From: a virus | Taxonomy: Duplodnaviria > Caudoviricetes | Strand: one strand, 5' to 3' | Virus record (IMG/VR): IMGVR_UViG_3300024999_000110 | Coordinates: 1 to 60,243 of that record | Length of the DNA: 60,243 bases | Shown: positions 56,610-60,243 of the stretch, piece by piece | How positions within the stretch are numbered: the stretch's first letter is position 1 | How the letters are laid out: every line of letters begins with the position of its first letter | Notes under the pieces: model-generated | Databases searched by the model: none | What the model was told of the DNA's origin: nothing | The model's input: the letters and a program-made list of their open reading frames with translations, nothing else | Translations under genes and position numbers: made by a program

Positions 56610-57694
56610 TCGATGATCTCAGTCTGCCCTGAGAAGTTTGTCCAGAAATGCGGCAGATAGGAGTATGAAGAATCAAGGTAGTTGTTCAGCCCCCCGATAA
56701 ATGGCGCTGAGATAACATTTTTCTCAAACCACCAAGTTAGCAGGTCATATATACAGAAAATTCTTGATGATGTAATGAACATTGCGGTGGATGTCGGGCC
56801 AAGCGCGGTGAAGTTCCCTGACACATCGGAGAAGGCTTGCAACTCATCATTAACAACCTGCGCTGCCCAGACAGTGCTATCCAATTTGAACGCATACACT
56901 GAACTGCCAGTAGTAACTACATGCTCGGTTGTTCCCGACAGGGTAAGTCCAGTATCTATCCATCCTGTTATGTTCCACGATTCGTTAAGGGCCGCTCGGT
57001 ATATGGTAGTAAGGTCTACACCACCCGATGTACCGCTGATGAGGTACAGATCGTCCCCGAGTGGGAACATCTTATGGCGCGTCTGCGCTTGCGGGAGATT
57101 TGCCTGCGCCGAGAATGTCCCTGAGAACTCTCCAGTCTGTGAAATGTCTACCGCGAAACAACTAATTCTCTCAAGACCTGCACTGGCTCCATAATTCCCC
57201 CCAGAAACTATCATCCTTCCCTTGAATAACACCGGAGAAATGTGTTCGGCATCTAATGGGTTAGCAAGAACATCTGTAGAAAACGCTCCTATGCTTCCAT
57301 CTGCCAATATTGGAGTCTTATAAATTGGCGAACTGTAGTATTGACTACTTCCTATTTCATGGCCTCCCATCACATAGCAGACCGCACCTGTGGAGCATAC
57401 CTGCCCCCAGGCATAATGCGTCGGGAATCTGTGGACGTACTCACTCCAAGTGCCGAGAGTACCGTCTGTGTTTATCGGTGCCTGGAATATATACGTGCCG
57501 GATGAATCAAGCTCGTTCTGAAGGTTGCCGGAAATAGTATAAGCAAACCCGTTCGTAACCAATGTCGCAGTCTGCATGACATGGCAAGGCATGGGTGTTT
57601 CGGTGTTAACCCACACCAACTCACCATTTGTCTCATTGTTGAACGAATACTGCTCAAGCCAGGGCTGCCCTGTGTCGTAGATTTTTATAGCCAT
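56606..57694 (-). CDS. Kelch-like beta-propeller protein (putative tail appendage)
   Basis: Repeats YTISG, YVMGG, IVSGG, YLISG, each followed by DG.(L/I)G.(W/F)-like turns; FWTNF.GQTE terminus. Confidence 0.65.
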   Translation of the reverse strand: MAIKIYDTGQPWLEQYSFNNETNGELVWVNTETPMPCHVMQTATLVTNGFAYTISGNLQNELDSSGTYIFQAPINTDGTLGTWSEYVHRFPTHYAWGQVCSTGAVCYVMGGHEIGSSQYYSSPIYKTPILADGSIGAFSTDVLANPLDAEHISPVLFKGRMIVSGGNYGASAGLERISCFAVDISQTGEFSGTFSAQANLPQAQTRHKMFPLGDDLYLISGTSGGVDLTTIYRAALNESWNITGWIDTGLTLSGTTEHVVTTGSSVYAFKLDSTVWAAQVVNDELQAFSDVSGNFTALGPTSTAMFITSSRIFCIYDLLTWWFEKNVISAPFIGGLNNYLDSSYSYLPHFWTNFSGQTEIIE

Positions 57695-58161
57695 TATTCA
57701 GCTGGGAATCCAATAGAATAAGAGTTTATAGGTTGCACAACCCCTGAAGTCATGTAAGCATTGGCAATAATCAAGTCTTTGCCGACCGTACCAACTGTAC
57801 CTTGTGTGCGTTTCTCAGTTGTACTCAACACTCCAGTGTCAGAACTCAATACTCCCCGATAGAAAGAAGCATAGCCAGATGCAGCATTGGTGCCACTCCA
57901 TACTTCTGCCGCTGCCTTGGCAATAACACCTGCTGAAGGAGCATCAAACGTCCCACCAGTACCACCACCATTTACAGAAATGATGCAAAGCAGAGTAGCT
58001 GCTCCAAGAGTTGCATCAGCTGTAGCAGGGATAAGAGCATCCGCAGCAGCCTGGCTAGTTGCAGATCCATAAATCTTAATAAGATATCCACTCATACCGG
58101 TTGAGAAAGCACCAGTACCAAGCATGTAGTTTCGTAATCCTGTACTTACTTTAAAAGCCAT
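57694..58161 (-). CDS. Small tail structural protein
   Basis: STGLRN.ML, IKIYG, SG.ASFYR, QGTVG. Confidence 0.6.
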   Translation of the reverse strand: MAFKVSTGLRNYMLGTGAFSTGMSGYLIKIYGSATSQAAADALIPATADATLGAATLLCIISVNGGGTGGTFDAPSAGVIAKAAAEVWSGTNAASGYASFYRGVLSSDTGVLSTTEKRTQGTVGTVGKDLIIANAYMTSGVVQPINSYSIGFPAE

Positions 58162-58169
58162 ATTTCACC

Positions 58170-58565
58170 TCAATCCAGTGCGGCGATGATTTCGCCAATT
58201 TCAAAAGTTAGGGGGCTGGCATTGCTGATCGACCTTGGAGTAGCGAGTGCTCCATACATAAGGCAATTTCCAACCGTAGCCGCTGTCCAGATACTCACAT
58301 GCGTTACAGCATACGTTCCAGCTGCAACTGCTGGTGTAAATACAACTTGTGTCGTACTAGCAGATGAGCCAGTAGTTGCTGTTCCCATAGTAACAGCTTG
58401 ACGCACGTAGTCTGCATCAGTACCAACAACCATTTCAGCAGTTGCCCCAGTTTCAGTTGGATCTGCAGTATGGATAGCCACAAACCAAGCCGTCGGTCTA
58501 GTTACCGAATCAGTATTGAATGCCCAGTTGATAAGGAGATTTTCGCCGTAAGTTGTGAATGACAT
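58170..58565 (-). CDS. Small tail structural protein
   Basis: ENLLINW, VAIHTADP, YVRQAV, THVSIW.AAT.GN.L. Confidence 0.65.
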   Translation of the reverse strand: MSFTTYGENLLINWAFNTDSVTRPTAWFVAIHTADPTETGATAEMVVGTDADYVRQAVTMGTATTGSSASTTQVVFTPAVAAGTYAVTHVSIWTAATVGNCLMYGALATPRSISNASPLTFEIGEIIAALD

Positions 58566-58574
58566 ATCTCCTCC

Positions 58575-59081
58575 TTATGCCGAAACGAGTGCGAACCCGA
58601 CCGGAACTCGTAATGCACCAAGATTGGCCATGGTAAACGGAGATGCAAACAGAGCTGCAGAAACAAGCAGCCCAGTATTTGATCCTCGGGTTATTCCAGT
58701 TGAAATGAACGCTCCACGAATAGTAGCCGCTCCAGTGAATGCAAATTCATTTGGTGATGCTGAAGTAGTAATAGATCCAGCAACTGGTGCTGGAAGAGTT
58801 AAAGTCAATCTATTTGTACCAGTCGTAGTATAACTAGTATTCTCTCCACAAGCAGCCATGAATGTAGTCATTGTATCAGTTGCCAATGGAGTATAGTTAT
58901 TTTCAAACAACGAAAGATAATAAGTCGAGTATTGACTACCACCTCTCAATGCAGCATTGAGTATGTATGTAATCATCTCCGCTGGCATGAGATTATGCAC
59001 CTCTTGTTGAGAGATAATCTGCTCATCCTCGCCTACATGTGTCGGAGTATAAATGAATCCGACTTTGTATTCATTGTTCAT
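58575..59081 (-). CDS. Small tail structural protein
   Basis: HNL, Y.L.AAL, TIRGAF, G.L.SAA.F. Confidence 0.6.
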   Translation of the reverse strand: MNNEYKVGFIYTPTHVGEDEQIISQQEVHNLMPAEMITYILNAALRGGSQYSTYYLSLFENNYTPLATDTMTTFMAACGENTSYTTTGTNRLTLTLPAPVAGSITTSASPNEFAFTGAATIRGAFISTGITRGSNTGLLVSAALFASPFTMANLGALRVPVGFALVSA

Positions 59082-60243
59082 TATGCCTCTCTTCGAATTT
59101 GTTCAGCAGTTATCCAACTACTTGCTGCCATAGCTGACATTGATGAATTATTCAAACTTGTTATAGCTTGTTTCATCCCATTTTCTTCCCTAATCAACAT
59201 AGCTCCTTTAGTGCTGTAATCTGGTGCTACTTGATCCTCCTGCATGTTCTTTATTTCTCCTCCATTTCCTGCCATGATTAAACCTCTTGTTGAAAACCAA
59301 TAAACATTTTTATCTGCTCGTTTTTGTCCTGTCCCAAGTGACGCACCATAATCAAGTTTAGTTAATTGCTGAAAGTTCTCAGGGCCACTTCCAGCAAAGA
59401 AATAAGTCTTATCCGCTACAATCCAAACTCCATCATCCACAGGCTCAACAACAGTTATTTCATCGCTGAATTGAAAAACACTATTACTCAATTGTGAAAC
59501 AAGATCAGTTGAATATGCTTCAGTCACATATAGCAAATTATTTTTCGCAATTAAGATCCGACCATTATGTTCTCGAATAATTTGCCCAGCAGGTGGCTTT
59601 GTCATGAATAAAGTTTCAAGAACCTTTCCACCATCATAAGCAAGTGTTACTGAATAACTCAACGTTCCAATCGCTACATCTCCACATTGATAAAATACTT
59701 GACCATTCGCAGTAGTCATGTACAAACGAATACCAGTAACCTGACTATCACTAGAAGATGGAAGACTTGTAAAAACAAGACTGCTATTATCTATAACTGA
59801 AATCGACGTAATATCACTTGCCCCAGATTCATTCCCAAGTGCATCGTAAAAAGTCAGGCAGCATAAATAAACTCCCGCTCCAAATATTCCAGAAGAACTA
59901 TAAACTACTGGAGCTAATGGATTACTTATGCCCCAATTTTTAGCTGCACCATTTATAATCTTTTTTCCTACTAACCCATCACTAAAAAACAACTCATTAT
60001 TATGCTCATAATGAGCAAAAGTATCACCAAGTATTCCACCTGAAATATCAGTCTTTGTCCAATCAGCATTAACTTTTTTAATTATTGTCCCTTCAACAAT
60101 AAACTGTCCTTGTGAACAAGCAAAGCCATACTTTACATCAAATCCAGCACATCTCTTTGTACTTCCGTTCCGCATTTTGATCTTACCTGCATTAGTAAAA
60201 TCAACACTTACAGCATTTCTAACCATCGTGCTTGAATCGTCTG
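59081..60243 (-). CDS. Tail tubular/stabilisation-like protein, probably 5'-truncated by the window edge
   Basis: Frame stays open to the window end; beta-propeller-like repeats plus an FN3-like insert (GNESG.S). Confidence 0.6.
   Translation of the reverse strand, partial: DDSSTMVRNAVSVDFTNAGKIKMRNGSTKRCAGFDVKYGFACSQGQFIVEGTIIKKVNADWTKTDISGGILGDTFAHYEHNNELFFSDGLVGKKIINGAAKNWGISNPLAPVVYSSSGIFGAGVYLCCLTFYDALGNESGASDITSISVIDNSSLVFTSLPSSSDSQVTGIRLYMTTANGQVFYQCGDVAIGTLSYSVTLAYDGGKVLETLFMTKPPAGQIIREHNGRILIAKNNLLYVTEAYSTDLVSQLSNSVFQFSDEITVVEPVDDGVWIVADKTYFFAGSGPENFQQLTKLDYGASLGTGQKRADKNVYWFSTRGLIMAGNGGEIKNMQEDQVAPDYSTKGAMLIREENGMKQAITSLNNSSMSAMAASSWITAEQIRREA

Noticed and set aside
1-60243. Integrated prophage with host flanks
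   Set aside because: No integrase, att-like junction or bacterial housekeeping context; both ends lie in phage late genes on the same strand.

Overview
The window is most of a ~60 kb+ tailed dsDNA phage genome, probably podovirus-like and lytic: I see no integrase, repressor, RNA polymerase or tape-measure gene. It is opened inside the late region. Minus strand 1-13.1 kb: terminase small and large subunits, portal, a GroES-like co-chaperonin, scaffold, major capsid protein, decoration/fibre genes and four exported proteins. Plus strand 13.9-43.5 kb: sigma70-type promoters, many small accessory ORFs, a UvrD helicase, a Cas4-like nuclease/Sak4-like ATPase/SSB module, NAD-dependent ligase, MazG-like protein, a ParB-DNA methyltransferase fusion, a UDG-family A DNA polymerase fusion, a DUF3987-like helicase, a DEDDh exonuclease and ThyX. 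Minus strand 43.6-60.2 kb: tail genes and ejection-type proteins, including a 2217-aa polyvalent protein. The most unusual signals are non-coding. (1) A 16-bp parS-sized palindrome, YGTTCA-N4-TGAACR, at four intergenic sites in a phage that encodes a ParB-HTH-methyltransferase. (2) Two helically phased hexamer arrays flanking an AT-rich cruciform and two IHF-like sites, directly upstream of one of three paralogous ribbon-helix-helix-like genes. (3) A ~146-nt tRNA-like RNA whose anticodon region is replaced by a ~90-nt domain, within a cluster of structured elements. (4) A second ~350-nt structured intergenic region. All functional calls come from motifs read by eye; no database search or folding program was run.
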